A stretch of 64,000 nt of DNA from an uncultured Spirochaetota bacterium (GCA_963783575.1 CAWAOD010000014.1:1-64000), one strand, 5' to 3'. Shown: positions 43,901-55,389, counted from the stretch's first letter. Notes: generated by a model from the letters alone, not told the origin. A program made the numbers and translations.

Positions 43901-46766
43901 AAGAGCGAATAGGGGAACGGTAAACATCTGCCGATAAGAGCTTAACCAGTTACTCCTGGATGTCTTCCATCCTTCAGATGGTTTCCATTCAAGCAGTTTA
44001 TTCCGGGAAATCATCATCCTCCAGAATGTTCGGATGATTGCATCGAGATTGATAAAGGCTTCATAAGGAAGTACAACCAGCATAAATAAGGCTTTGAAGA
44101 GATGAAGCCCCAATTCCTCAGCCACAGATTTTAAATGCAGATGAAGCGGAAACCTTAAGGGAATCATGGACGCATGCCGGAAGGTCCCGGGAATAATGGG
44201 GACAATAATTATACCCGCGGCTGAGGCAAGCCCAAACCAGGATGGTTGAAGGAATAGCCAGCCGAGTATGATCAGAAGCAATAATCCTTCGGGGAAAATA
44301 CTTCGCCTGAGATTATCGAATATTTTCCACCTTGATAGTAAAGACATTGGATTTTTCTGTAATTTCTTTTTGAACCCGGGGACACGGGGAAATAGCCATG
44401 CCGCGATCTGCCAATCACCTCTTATCCAGCGGTGACGTCTGGAGATATCATCGCTGAAGCGTTCCGGAAATTCGTCGATCAGCTGGACATCGCTGACCAT
44501 GCCGGACCTGCAGTAATTACCTTCAAGCAGATCATGACTCAGAATTTGGTTTTCAGGTAAACGGTCAGCCATGATCAACGCGAACATATCGATATCATAA
44601 ATTCCTTTGCCGATAAACGAACCTTCTCCGAATAAATCCTGATAAACATCAGATACTGCGCGTGTATAAGGATCGATTCCCGAATCGCTCCCGAAGATAC
44701 GGGAATACCATGATGTGCGCTCTGAGGGCAAACTTGAAACAACCCTCGGTTGCAGGATTGTATATCCGGCTGTGACTCTCTGTTTAACCGGATCGTAGAT
44801 GGGTGCATTCAGCGGATGTGCCATGGTTTCAATCAAATGTCTTGCCGAATCACGGGGAAGCTCTGTATCTGCATCAAGAGTAATGACATATTTTACTTTA
44901 GCCAGCATAGACGGATCGCCTTCAACAAGAAGCTCAGGCCTTTCATGGGAACGCAGTACTTTATTGAGTGCTTCAAGTTTTCCCCTTTTCCGTTCATACC
45001 CCATCCAGACTTTTTCTTCCGGATTCCATTGCCGGTTCCTGTGAAAGAGTAAAAAGGGCTTATTGCTATTGTGACCATATTTATCATTGAGATTCTTTAT
45101 ACCTGTTTTTACTATTTCCAGTAAATGTTTATCTTCTGGCATAAATGATGCGGACGCATCCTTGAAATCCGTTAGAAGACTCAAGTAAAGGTTATCTGCC
45201 CTGTTCGACAGAAAACAAACTTCCATTTTATTGATGAGATCATTTATTTCGTGTTCATTGGAGAGCATAGCAGGCACTGTGATCAGTGTGCAAAATTCTT
45301 TTGGAATTCCACTGGAAAAATCCATTCTGGGCAAGAGAGAAGGCTGTGTGAACAGGGTTGACGCCCAGTTAACCAAAGCTATTACCATCTGACTGATAAC
45401 AAGAAGCAGGAGAAGAGCAGTCAAAATTAAATTTCCTGTGCCGGCCGGATGGATCATCCATAATATAGTATAAGTGAGGCTGCAAGTTATAATAAATATT
45501 GAGCCCAGATAATATAACAAAGGTGTTTTTTTAAAAATTTTAGTTAGTATGTCCCTGACAGTCCGGCGCATTTTAACGGACTTTTCAAGCAGAGAGCGTT
45601 TATTACCGGCCAGGTAAAAGCCGACATGGGCTGTCTTGTCTTGCTTTTCCATACTCTGTACAGCCAGATCGATCGCCCGGGCTGCCGCTTCCTCCTCAGA
45701 CAAACGGCTTTTTCTGGCAATCTTCTCGATAATATGTCTGTAATTGTCCCGGGTCGTAAAATCCATTTTATTATAGACACCGGCCGGATCGCTGCCGAGA
45801 ATATGTTCCACACGGCTCATAGCTTCGACAAAATTCTTCCAGTTGATAGCCGTTAACAGTCTTAAGCTGCCGATACTGTTGCTGATAGAAATCTGGTTTA
45901 TTGCCTGGTGACGGTTTTCCAGGTGTACCTGCCGTTCTATAGTCTGGCCTTGTTCAGACAGACGCTGTTCAATCCAGGTAAGGGGAAGGATCATAGCCGG
46001 GTTTTTACTCTGCAGTTTACGGACTAATTCTGCCACAAAAGTGCTGCTCATAGGTAGTTTAGCCCTAACCATATCTGCCATATCGAGGATAATATTTTTA
46101 GGATCTTTATACGCTGTCTCAAGCATCCGGTCGGCCCAGAAACCGGCCAGATTACTGTCCCTCCTGCTTGCGGTAATACGAGTAGCAACCCGCCTTAAAT
46201 TCTCGATCAAAGCAAGGCGTAACATAATCGGAATGGCCCATAATTCTCCCAATTTCAAAGATATCACTTTCTGATATGAGGCGACAATACTGCTGAGATT
46301 TCCTTCATCTACGCGTCCTTCCACATGGGAGATCAGCTCCCGGACAATATCGTAAACCCTGGGCAAACCTGCCGAAGGGCCGGAACGGAGACGGGGCAGT
46401 TCCCGGCTGTAACTTTTGGGAAGGTGATTCCTTGTTATCAAGACTTGTTCCTCGATCAAATAGAAATTATCCAGGAGCCATATCTCGGCAGGGGACATGC
46501 TTTCTTTTGCTTGCTCTCCGGTGTTTAATAGTTCGTATGTTTCAGTCAGTATCTTTTCGTTTTCGGTCAACCTGGCCAGCAATTTATCCCTACCTGTCCG
46601 GTGATCCAATTCGATGCATCCGGGCTAAGGCTTCGCCTTGTTTTCCCAGCTGGTCAATACTTAATTGGTCAGCGAGTAAAGGATATTCCAGGTTGTTTTC
46701 TACGGAGCGGCCGGTCAGCTCAATGTGTTCATTGAAATGAAGAAGCCATCGGCTGATTAAATTCAT
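37993..46766 (-). CDS. ndvB: Cyclic beta-1,2-glucan synthase (GT84 + DUF3131-like + GH94 phosphorylase), about 2900 aa, split by several frameshifts
   Basis: [100 protein letters not shown]. Confidence 0.9.
42809..42827. repeat. REP-like motif inside the glucan synthase coding sequence
   Basis: CGCTGAGCCTGTCGAAGTG (minus strand CACTTCGACAGGCTCAGCG, encoding TSTGSA). Confidence 0.5.
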
Positions 46767-47121
46767 TTTCAAAATTATTTTACCTTCCTTGTTCAACTGA
46801 TAGGGAAACATAAAATTCCAACTAAATAATTTTAACCGGGAACTGAATTTATTGATAGGTTTTAACATTTTGAACATATGGAATACAAATATCTCGCAAT
46901 TTGTTGTATCTTTAGGAAGTTCAAGGTTTTCAGGGTTGTATGAAGATTGCCGGTTAGAAAATTCGGCATTTTTTATTTTCATCTTTTTATTGATATTTTA
47001 TATATCACTGATTATAATTTTTTTATCAATGGTTTTAAAACTCGCAGGGTTTAGCTGTTGTATTTGGGGCAACTGCATAGTAAAAAATAAGATGGCTGTT
47101 TATTTTTATTTCGGAGCACTT

Positions 47122-47685
47122 ATGAAAATTAAAGAAAAAGTGATAATTGCGAAGTCTCATGCTGTTTTATTATCAGTAATGATGCTTATTTTGGGATATA
47201 CGAACCCAAGGGTTGTCTCAGGACAAACTTTGGCGGCGACAAACGGTACTCCTCGAGTACTCCAAAATGGGATATACTCTGTACTTGGCAGTGCACCAAC
47301 GCTTGAACAGGCGAGAATCGAAGGTGTTCAACACGTTGTCCTGGCCTTCGACAAAAAAAAGTACACAGATTTAAATCAGGATGAATCCCCGTTCTATGTG
47401 GCCATAGACCCCTGTTCCTATGTTCCTTTAGTCATAGAAGGAACGCCGCAGGTAAAAAAAGATGACCGGGGAAAGGGTATTTTGTTTGTATCCCTGAAAG
47501 AAGAGAATGCGAAAAAACTGGAGGAATTTACCCGCGCGCATCTCGGGGGCCGAGTCGCAACTATTGTCGATGGGGAGATTATTTCAATGAACAAAATACG
47601 AGCTGTTATCATTGGAGGGAAGTTTCAGATGACTCGCTGCAATGACAATGCCTGTGAGATAATACGTGCAAAGCTTATTAAATGA
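47122..47685 (+). CDS. Exported protein with SecDF P1-head-like subdomain
   Basis: Signal peptide; LKEENAKKLEEFTRAHLGGRVATIVDGEIISMNKIRAVIIGG. Confidence 0.75.
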   Translation: MKIKEKVIIAKSHAVLLSVMMLILGYTNPRVVSGQTLAATNGTPRVLQNGIYSVLGSAPTLEQARIEGVQHVVLAFDKKKYTDLNQDESPFYVAIDPCSYVPLVIEGTPQVKKDDRGKGILFVSLKEENAKKLEEFTRAHLGGRVATIVDGEIISMNKIRAVIIGGKFQMTRCNDNACEIIRAKLIK

Positions 47686-47740
47686 AAAGGCAAAATTGAA
47701 ACCGGCGCTGGTTTGGGGAACCCGTCCCTAATTGTTCATA

Positions 47741-48877
47741 TTAAAATCCATTAATATAGCATCGAACCGGCAGGTCATTTGGAAAAGCTGCAAGGCATTT
47801 ATTACAGCTTATACATGATACCCTGCTGACTTTTTTCTCTTTGATATGTTTGACCAGGAAAGGTTCATGTATAAAAGGGCGGCACATTGATATAAAATCG
47901 GTATATCCTCTGTCAACAGCCTCCTCCATTGAAGCAACCTCTCTCCATCCACCCACGGAGAAAAGCCTGCCGGAATTAAAATACGGCTTAATAAAGCGGG
48001 TATCATCTGAGTTATATCCTTCATAAATTTCGTATTTACTATCCATCTCTTTCAGGACCGATTCAAAATGAGGATATTTTAAAAATAGCTCTTTAAACGG
48101 AACATTCCCCCTGCACATATTATATGGAGAAATGTAGGTTCCACAACTTACCTCTATCCCGTCAATATTCATCTCCGAGAGCCGCGAAGCATATTCTGCA
48201 GCCAATGGAGGTGTAATACCCTCCGAAGGAGTGTAATCATTCGAGTTCAGTTTAACCAGGATTGCCATATTCCGAGGGATAACTCTTTTTATGCCTTTGA
48301 TAATCTCTCCTAGAAACCTGAACCTGTTATCAACAGAATCACCCCACGAATCTTTGCGGTTGTTGAAATAAGGCGACAGGAACTCATTGATCAGATACCC
48401 GTGAGCGGCGTGGAGCTGTATCCCGTCAGCTCCGGCTTCAGCTGCCCGGAGTGAGGCATTAACAAATGATTCGATGATTTCTTGTATCATATTTTTAGAA
48501 AAAGGATCATCAGATGAAGGACCCTGAGGCTGCCGGCCTATTACATCACCCGCAGCCTGAACGCCTGCGTGACCAAGCTGAAATATAATTTTACTATCAT
48601 GTTGATGTACGGTTTCAACCAGTTTTTTTAGACCCGGGATCATACTGTCATTATGGATGCCGGTCTGTTTTTCCCTAGTACGCCCAAGCGGATGAACATA
48701 CATATGGCTTGATATTATCAGCCCGGTTTCACCTTTGGCGATTTGATCAAATTTGCGTATTATACTTTCGGTAACTTCCCCTGCATAAAATGCCATATTG
48801 TCTTCGCAAGCGGAACAGACAAATCGGTTTTTGATCTGAAGTGGACCTATGTTTTGCGGTGTAAATAAAATCGACAT
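47741..48877 (-). CDS. NADH:flavin oxidoreductase (Old Yellow Enzyme family)
   Basis: IKNRFV, QLGHAG, DGIQLHAAHGYLINEFLSP, CISCNKC. Confidence 0.93.
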   Translation of the reverse strand: MSILFTPQNIGPLQIKNRFVCSACEDNMAFYAGEVTESIIRKFDQIAKGETGLIISSHMYVHPLGRTREKQTGIHNDSMIPGLKKLVETVHQHDSKIIFQLGHAGVQAAGDVIGRQPQGPSSDDPFSKNMIQEIIESFVNASLRAAEAGADGIQLHAAHGYLINEFLSPYFNNRKDSWGDSVDNRFRFLGEIIKGIKRVIPRNMAILVKLNSNDYTPSEGITPPLAAEYASRLSEMNIDGIEVSCGTYISPYNMCRGNVPFKELFLKYPHFESVLKEMDSKYEIYEGYNSDDTRFIKPYFNSGRLFSVGGWREVASMEEAVDRGYTDFISMCRPFIHEPFLVKHIKEKKVSRVSCISCNKCLAAFPNDLPVRCYINGF

Positions 48878-49059
48878 TAAACACCTCCTCCATAAATAAA
48901 ATATTTTTATATTCCATTAAATATGTTAAAATTAACTGCCGCTTTTTTTAGCTCATTTAATAAAACTGCGATGAATAATTATAGCAGACTGAGATTTATT
49001 AGTCTTGAATAAACCTGCTATATATTATTTATAAAAATATTATATGATCAGGAATATAC

Positions 49060-49866
49060 ATGATGACTATTCAAACGCTTAATAGACGCAATAAAAATCC
49101 TGAGGGATATGCTTACTGGTTTTTTCAGTCATTGCTTTTATTTAATTCGATTAAGGCTGAGATGCATCACCATTGGCAAATGGAAATATATATCGGATTA
49201 GAAGGTGATTTTAAAATGAATTTCGGTGATGGATGGGGGGTGTACCGGGCTGTTATTATAGAATCAAATCATCCTCACCAGTTTTACGGATCAAGCGGTT
49301 GGTGTGCACTGTTATTGCTAGATCAGACCGGTAAAATCGGAAAATATTTGAGAAATGAGATATTATGCGGGAATAAATTTCAGGAACTGGATATGGAACC
49401 GATCAATCCATATATCGATGTACTTCTCAATTATTGCGGCCACCCTGTTTCTTGCAGTGAAGCAGAAGTGCTATTTAACAATATACTCCGCGCTATTACC
49501 TGTAACGCAGTAACCATAGAACCGTTAAATCAGAGAGTGATTGATATAATTAGAATACTGAGAAAACTGCCGGGAAAAAAAATAAAAGCTGCGGACCTGG
49601 CAAAAAGCATTAATCTTTCAGAAAGCCGCCTTGCCCATATATTCAAGGAAGAAACCGGTGTGCCGGTTCGGCAATTTCTTTTATGGCTGAGACTTAATGA
49701 TGCTGTTAAACTAATTACGAATGGTGCATCATATACTGATGCGGCTTATGATGCCGGATTTGCCGATGCTGCACATCTTACCAGGTCATATAAAAAAATG
49801 TTCGGACTTACTCTTTCTCATGCAGTAAATAAATCTAAAAATGTAGAGTTTATAACATATTTTTAA
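49060..49866 (+). CDS. AraC family regulator
   Basis: LSESRLAHIFKEETG, AGFADAAHLTRSYKKMFG. Confidence 0.93.
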   Translation: MMTIQTLNRRNKNPEGYAYWFFQSLLLFNSIKAEMHHHWQMEIYIGLEGDFKMNFGDGWGVYRAVIIESNHPHQFYGSSGWCALLLLDQTGKIGKYLRNEILCGNKFQELDMEPINPYIDVLLNYCGHPVSCSEAEVLFNNILRAITCNAVTIEPLNQRVIDIIRILRKLPGKKIKAADLAKSINLSESRLAHIFKEETGVPVRQFLLWLRLNDAVKLITNGASYTDAAYDAGFADAAHLTRSYKKMFGLTLSHAVNKSKNVEFITYF

Positions 49867-49935
49867 TCACTGATTATTGCCAAACAGTATTTGCTGGCCG
49901 CGATAGTTCTAAATCATTTTTTCAGGGAGGTTACT

Positions 49936-50505
49936 ATGAACTGTTTTCATGACTTTTCCGCCCCGCTCTGGGGAATATTCGCCGGAAACCTGCTGCTGCT
50001 GTTCTGCAGCCTGTTTTACCTTGCCTGGTGGGTAGTCTCCTATAGCCCGAATTCATCCGGCGGCACGACCGGCGGGTTCTTCATCACAGCCGCTTTTATT
50101 ACAGGAATTGCCGCTATTATGATCATGGCTGGCGGGATCAATTCGTTACCCGGGAAAGGATTACCGGTAAGGTACATCCTGCTGGGAGCCATTGTTCTTT
50201 TTGTCGTCCTTCTCACGGTCACGCAGGTCGTTTTCAGACGCACAGTGACATCGGAACTCATGATCATATGCATCTGGGCGGCCGTGGAATGTTCCGCTAT
50301 CGCCGTGTTGCAGGGAAGCGGCCGTTTCGGAACAGGAAGGGCTGTCATCCTTGCGCTTATTGTCGGGTTTGCTACAATTATCGGCTTGGTCTGCTATATT
50401 CTGCATTACCGCCTTGATGAAACGGCGCAATACTGGAACGGGATCATTCCTCTGACGGCTGATGCAATTGTGATGGCGGTGTTTCTGGCTGTTATGGCAG
50501 TGTAA
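49936..50505 (+). CDS. Hypothetical membrane protein
   Basis: RBS GGGAGG; about 6 TM segments. Confidence 0.75.
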   Translation: MNCFHDFSAPLWGIFAGNLLLLFCSLFYLAWWVVSYSPNSSGGTTGGFFITAAFITGIAAIMIMAGGINSLPGKGLPVRYILLGAIVLFVVLLTVTQVVFRRTVTSELMIICIWAAVECSAIAVLQGSGRFGTGRAVILALIVGFATIIGLVCYILHYRLDETAQYWNGIIPLTADAIVMAVFLAVMAV

Positions 50506-50942
50506 GAGGACTAGAAACTTCTGCTGATTGGAAAAATTACCTGCCTTAACGGGTTGACGAATATAGCGGCGCATCATTTAACGGTATCATTTGAGGGCCA
50601 CAAAAGCACGCTTTGGGAGAGCAATCCGGAGGAGATTTCTTAAAGGCGCAAGTTATGCGAGCATGGTTGAAGCAGTCTTTGAGACTTTTTTTATTTTTTT
50701 TACAAAAAAAGTATGCTGGAAATTAAGGAGGTGCTTTATTGAGTTTTTATCTACCTATAATTATAATTTTTCAAATCAGGTATTTGACTACCATTTTATA
50801 GTAAAGTATGATAATATTCAATATGTGTACTTGATAAACTATTTATTTTTATTAAAATTTATAATAAAATAATTGCTACATAACTTCTATATGTAGTTTT
50901 TAATTAAAGATATTTCATTTAATTAATCAAAAGAGGTAAGAA

Positions 50943-52016
50943 ATGCTTAAATCTTTTAAGGTGGAAAATTTTAAATGCTTTAAAAATCTTGCGCTCGATG
51001 ATCTTCGGAGGTTCAATATTATTGCTGGTACAAATGCTGCTGGTAAAACCACTTTGCTCGAAGCAATCGAGATTATGCTTGTTGCTAGTCCTGAACGCCT
51101 ACCCTGGCTGAATAATTTTCGCAATATTCCAACATTTATTCCACCAAATTCTACAGCAGAACAATTTAGGCAGCAATTTGCAGGGTTCTTCCATGGATTT
51201 CAAGACGAAATGCCAATTACAATGAAAGCAGAGGACTCCAGCCAGAGAAATGCAACATTATCTATTTATTTTGACCAAAAGAGAGCTATTAGTGTTCAAC
51301 CTAATATTGGTTTTCAACAGGTTCCTTCAGTTCCACCGATAACAGTAGTACCATTAGCATTTGAGAGAATCGATTTCCTAGGAAATAAGAATACACTTGT
51401 TGCAACCTTACAGCCTACTGGTCAGCCATTTTATGAACCAGGAAAAACAATGGGAATCCCTTCTTGTTTTATTACAGGTACTTACTTTCCACAGGAAAAT
51501 GCTACATGGTTATCAGATTTAAGAGTGAATAAACACGACAAAGTTGTTATCGATGCATTACATCAACATTTTCCATTTATACAAGATGTTAGCCCAGAAA
51601 CAACACCTACGGGAATTTCACTTGTATACGCTGATATCCCTTCTCTTCCAAAGAAAATACCCTTGTCTGCAGTTTCTGCGGGAATCAGCAGAATCTTTAC
51701 CTTTATGTTGGCGGTGATTGAATATGGAGGTGGAGTTTTACTTATAGATGAAATTGAAAATGGTATTTTTTATGATCAATACCAACTTGTCTGGAAAAGC
51801 TTAATTGATCTCGCTAAGCAAAATGACACTCAATTGTTTATTTCTACGCATAGTTATGAGTTTTTGCAGGCCATACTTCCCACAATGAAGGACAACGAGA
51901 ACGATTTTACATTACTTCGAGTTGAAAAGGAAAATGGAACTTCGAGTATTTCATCATTTATTGGAAAGGAAATGGAAGCAGCTTTAGCTAAGGGAGCAGA
52001 GATACGATCGGCTTAG
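50943..52016 (+). CDS. ABC-type AAA ATPase (AAA_15/AAA_21-like)
   Basis: VENFKCF, GTNAAGKT, SAG signature, LLIDEIENG, FISTHS. Confidence 0.9.
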   Translation: MLKSFKVENFKCFKNLALDDLRRFNIIAGTNAAGKTTLLEAIEIMLVASPERLPWLNNFRNIPTFIPPNSTAEQFRQQFAGFFHGFQDEMPITMKAEDSSQRNATLSIYFDQKRAISVQPNIGFQQVPSVPPITVVPLAFERIDFLGNKNTLVATLQPTGQPFYEPGKTMGIPSCFITGTYFPQENATWLSDLRVNKHDKVVIDALHQHFPFIQDVSPETTPTGISLVYADIPSLPKKIPLSAVSAGISRIFTFMLAVIEYGGGVLLIDEIENGIFYDQYQLVWKSLIDLAKQNDTQLFISTHSYEFLQAILPTMKDNENDFTLLRVEKENGTSSISSFIGKEMEAALAKGAEIRSA

Positions 52017-52025
52017 AGGTGTGTC

Positions 52026-52691
52026 ATGTTGGGTAGATTTACCAAATCACGCCTTTTGATATGTGAAGGAGATGACGATAAGGGATTTCTGGAAACTCTC
52101 ATTAAAGATCGTGGTTTACCTGATTTTCAAGTTTGCCATGCAGCGGAATGTAATGAAAAAAGAGTAGGAGGAAAATCTGGTTTTGAGCATGCTCTTACCG
52201 GTTTCTCGGCTATTACAGGTTTCTCTACTATTTTAAAGGCAATTCTTATTGTTACGGATAATGATACCGCTGATTCGTTCGATAAAGTTTGTAGTGCCCT
52301 AACTAAGAACTTGCTCCAGAATAACTTTAGTGCGCCCAGTAAACCTGATTCTGTTGGATCAATCCATACAAAACCATTGGCAATTCTTATGATTCCCCGC
52401 AATGAAATTGGAGATTTAGAAAAAATATGTCTTCCAGCTATTCACAAGAAGTGGCCGAAATCATCAGGATGCGTTGAATCTTTTCTTAAATGTACAGGGG
52501 CGGATAAGTGGAGAAAACCTTCTAGCATTAATAAAGCTCGTGCTAGGGCGGCTGCAGTTGGTTTCAACGAGGAAGACCCATTTAAAGGCATAGGTCATTT
52601 GTTCAGGCAAGGTACGCTTTCTACTAAAAATGCCTGCTTTGATGAAATTACAGAATTTCTCAAAAATTTCGATAAAATGTGTGGTATATAG
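52026..52691 (+). CDS. DUF3226-like TOPRIM-fold protein
   Basis: LLICEGDDD, ILIVTDND, GDLEKICL; 9 bp after the ATPase. Confidence 0.7.
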   Translation: MLGRFTKSRLLICEGDDDKGFLETLIKDRGLPDFQVCHAAECNEKRVGGKSGFEHALTGFSAITGFSTILKAILIVTDNDTADSFDKVCSALTKNLLQNNFSAPSKPDSVGSIHTKPLAILMIPRNEIGDLEKICLPAIHKKWPKSSGCVESFLKCTGADKWRKPSSINKARARAAAVGFNEEDPFKGIGHLFRQGTLSTKNACFDEITEFLKNFDKMCGI

Positions 52692-53207
52692 TTTATATTA
52701 ATTCCGCTGGAACAATGTATTTAATTAATTGAAATTTAATTCCTAATTTCGGAGACATTTTAATCGACAATTCTTTTCGAGAGCATATCTATAATATCCG
52801 CCAAGCGTAATTACTTCAAATAACACATTATTTTTATTAAAACGGATGTTTCGGGTTAGGAGAACCGAAAAACAGTTATAACTTAATATTATATAATCAG
52901 TTACGTATTCCAGGCAGTTTTCGGTTAGAGCCTGCCGACATGGACTGCGGCATTCTGAAAGAGTTATAAACTACTTTGCAAATTCAATAAATATGAATTA
53001 TATAATATTTTTGGAATAATAAAATATTAATATTCGCTTACTGGATATAGAAATAGAAAGATATTAAGATAGGAGAACACAAATATATCGTAATTCTATG
53101 TTCTGCAAAGAATAATAAATCTTAGAAAAATTTTTAACTGACAATTTAAAACATTATATTTTCAAAATAATATTCCTTTGACGGAATTAAAGATATTTAT
53201 TGAAATT

Positions 53208-53239
53208 AAATTAAAGAGGCCATCGTTATTGATGGCCTC
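53208..53239 (-). terminator. Rho-independent terminator
   Basis: GAGGCCATC / GATGGCCTC stem with T-rich tail on the minus strand. Confidence 0.7.
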
Positions 53240-53252
53240 CTAATTAATAAAA

Positions 53253-53984
53253 TTAATATTGGAGGGGATAGGCAAGAACAGTTATATTGTTACTTTCATT
53301 CCAAGGGCCCTTTTTTAAATAATTGCCCCATCCATTGCCATTAGTCGATGTGTAGGTTATTGAGTTAGTAAAATTTATCGGCCATACGAAAAGCCGTATA
53401 AAAGAATTACAATCGTAAAAAGTATAAGCATTAACCAGCGGTGGGTTAGGGTTTAATGATGTTACAGCAACCAGATTGATACAACTTCCGAACGTAAATT
53501 CACTCATAATTGATAATTGGTTGCCAAGGGTCACATAAACCAGATTTGGGCAATTCTCAAAAGCCATATACCCTATATTAGTGACGCTGTTGGGGATAGT
53601 CACGTAAGTTATATTGGTTTTATCACCGAATGCGTAGTTAGCTATATAAACAACGGGATAGCCGTTAATTGTTGGTGGTATGCTGATTTGGTTACTCATA
53701 AAGAATTGTGAAAAATATAATTCTGAAAACCCTGTGACTGTACAATTCCCATTATTTATAGTATAGGTAAACCAGGAAGCCGGACTGGGCGGAAGGGGCT
53801 GTGGAATGTAGTAGAAGGATAATGTAAGGTTTTTGGATACGCTCCCCGAAGACTCCGATACAGAGGAGCTTCCTCCCCCGCCGCTTGAATTTGATGGTGC
53901 CACCGAACAGCTTGATAAAAAGGCGATTGTGAATAAACCGATCAGCATTGCAGATACACAAAAGATACTTTTTCTTTTCTTCAT
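53253..53984 (-). CDS. BspA-type leucine-rich repeat lipoprotein (alternative start 54020)
   Basis: Lipobox LSSC; ISIPPTINGYPV, VTIPNSVTNIGYMAFENC. Confidence 0.88.
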   Translation of the reverse strand: MKKRKSIFCVSAMLIGLFTIAFLSSCSVAPSNSSGGGGSSSVSESSGSVSKNLTLSFYYIPQPLPPSPASWFTYTINNGNCTVTGFSELYFSQFFMSNQISIPPTINGYPVVYIANYAFGDKTNITYVTIPNSVTNIGYMAFENCPNLVYVTLGNQLSIMSEFTFGSCINLVAVTSLNPNPPLVNAYTFYDCNSFIRLFVWPINFTNSITYTSTNGNGWGNYLKKGPWNESNNITVLAYPLQY

Positions 53985-54237
53985 AGAAACCCCCTTAAAA
54001 TATAATTTCATTTTATTCATACTTTGTTTATCTCCTATTATTTATTCCTAAGCTTTTAAATATGCATCAAACATATATCTTCCGATTATTGTTTAAACCG
54101 TTGATTAAGAAGATAACGTTGAAGCAATGCTGGAAACCGGGGAAACAATAATCGTGAAGGAAGATTAGCTGTTGCTACAATCTCTTATGGTTCCATTTTT
54201 CTTCACATTTCCTGCTCCTTGATATGCTGAAGCGCAG

Positions 54238-54954
54238 TTATCGGAAAAAGAGAACTGATATATTGGAAGTTAGATTCCAATAACCAATTTGTAAATATGG
54301 ACCCCATGCATTATTTGCCTCGTAACGTGATTTTATTAAAATCCCACCCACCCAAATTCCAAGCAATTTATTACAATTCCTAAATGTATCAAAAAGAACA
54401 TGCGGCGGGTTAAGGTTTAATGACAATACAGATGTCAGTATACTGCAATCCCCGAATGCAAATTCACTGATAGATGAAACTTTATTGCCAAGGGTCACAT
54501 ACCGCAGGTTTGGGCAGTCCTCAAAAGCCATATACCCGATATTGGTGACGCTGTCTGGAATAGTCACGAAAGTTATATTGGTTAAATCAGCGAATGCAAC
54601 GTACCCTATGCTAACTACGGGATGACCGTTTATAGCTGAAGGTATGCTGATTACGTTACTCATAAAGAATTGTGAAAAATATTCTTGTGAAAACCCTGTA
54701 ACAGTGATATTTCCATTATCTGTAATAAATGTAAACCAGGAAGAGGGACTTGGTGGCTGTGGCAGTGGTTGTGGAATGGGGTAGTATACTATAAGGTTTT
54801 TTGATACGTTCCCCGAAAAATCAGATACAGAGGAATTTCCTCCCCCGCCGCTTGAATTAGACGGCTCCGAAGAGCAGCTTGATAAACAGGCTGCGGTTAA
54901 AAACAAACAGATCAACATTAAAGATGTACAAAAGATACTTACTTTGTTCTTCAT
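54238..54954 (-). CDS. BspA-type LRR lipoprotein, tandem paralogue (alternative start 54990)
   Basis: Lipobox LSSC; IPSAINGHPV, VTIPDSVTNIGYMAFEDC. Confidence 0.88.
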   Translation of the reverse strand: MKNKVSIFCTSLMLICLFLTAACLSSCSSEPSNSSGGGGNSSVSDFSGNVSKNLIVYYPIPQPLPQPPSPSSWFTFITDNGNITVTGFSQEYFSQFFMSNVISIPSAINGHPVVSIGYVAFADLTNITFVTIPDSVTNIGYMAFEDCPNLRYVTLGNKVSSISEFAFGDCSILTSVLSLNLNPPHVLFDTFRNCNKLLGIWVGGILIKSRYEANNAWGPYLQIGYWNLTSNISVLFFR

Positions 54955-55062
54955 AAAAGCTCTCCTTAAATATATTTCCATATTATTCATACTTTGGTTA
55001 CTTCCTATATTATTACCATCACCTTATTAACTGGAAAATAACAGTCCTCAATGCCTTGTCTC

Positions 55063-55246
55063 CTTGCTGTGATATAATTAAGCTCGAGTATGCCGACCAT
55101 CCGCCTGAATTACGAAGTTACACTTCCAGCAAGTACACGGATTGAGATTAAACTAGAGCAATGATAAAAAATGCTTATTCCGTTTGCCGAAGGAATAACT
55201 GTGTTGATATTCACATTTGTTAGAAGCCCGCAATATTCGAATGCAT
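55063..55246 (-). pseudogene. Relic 3' end of a BspA-LRR gene
   Basis: Minus strand reads AFEYCGLLTNVNINTVIPSANGISIFYHCSSLISIRVLAGSVTS* and, in a shifted frame, SGGWSAYSSLIISQQ. Confidence 0.65.
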
Positions 55247-55253
55247 ATTTAAT

Positions 55254-55389
55254 ATTATAAAGGATATTTACAGGGTAGATATCCTACGGAAAGTATGAAA
55301 GTGGAGTTTGAAAAGTATGATTTTGATATATCTTTTCCTGATAAAGAGATATAATTAACAATCAACCTGTTTTATATAAAAAAGTATGA
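55254..55389 (-). promoter_or_regulatory. Duplicated promoter element, copy 1 (TCATACTTT boxes plus -10 TATAAT)
   Basis: AAAGTATGA at 55290, 55312 and 55381; matches 57149-57284. Confidence 0.7.

Noticed and set aside
50591..50872. 93-aa ORF (also 13239-13463, 30404-30589, 37788-38006)
   Set aside because: Low-complexity AT-rich translations with no recognisable domain or good RBS
50540..52975. Integron attC sites flanking the ATPase-DUF3226 pair (TAAC...GTTATGC, GTTATAA motifs)
   Set aside because: No convincing long imperfect palindrome and no integrase in the window
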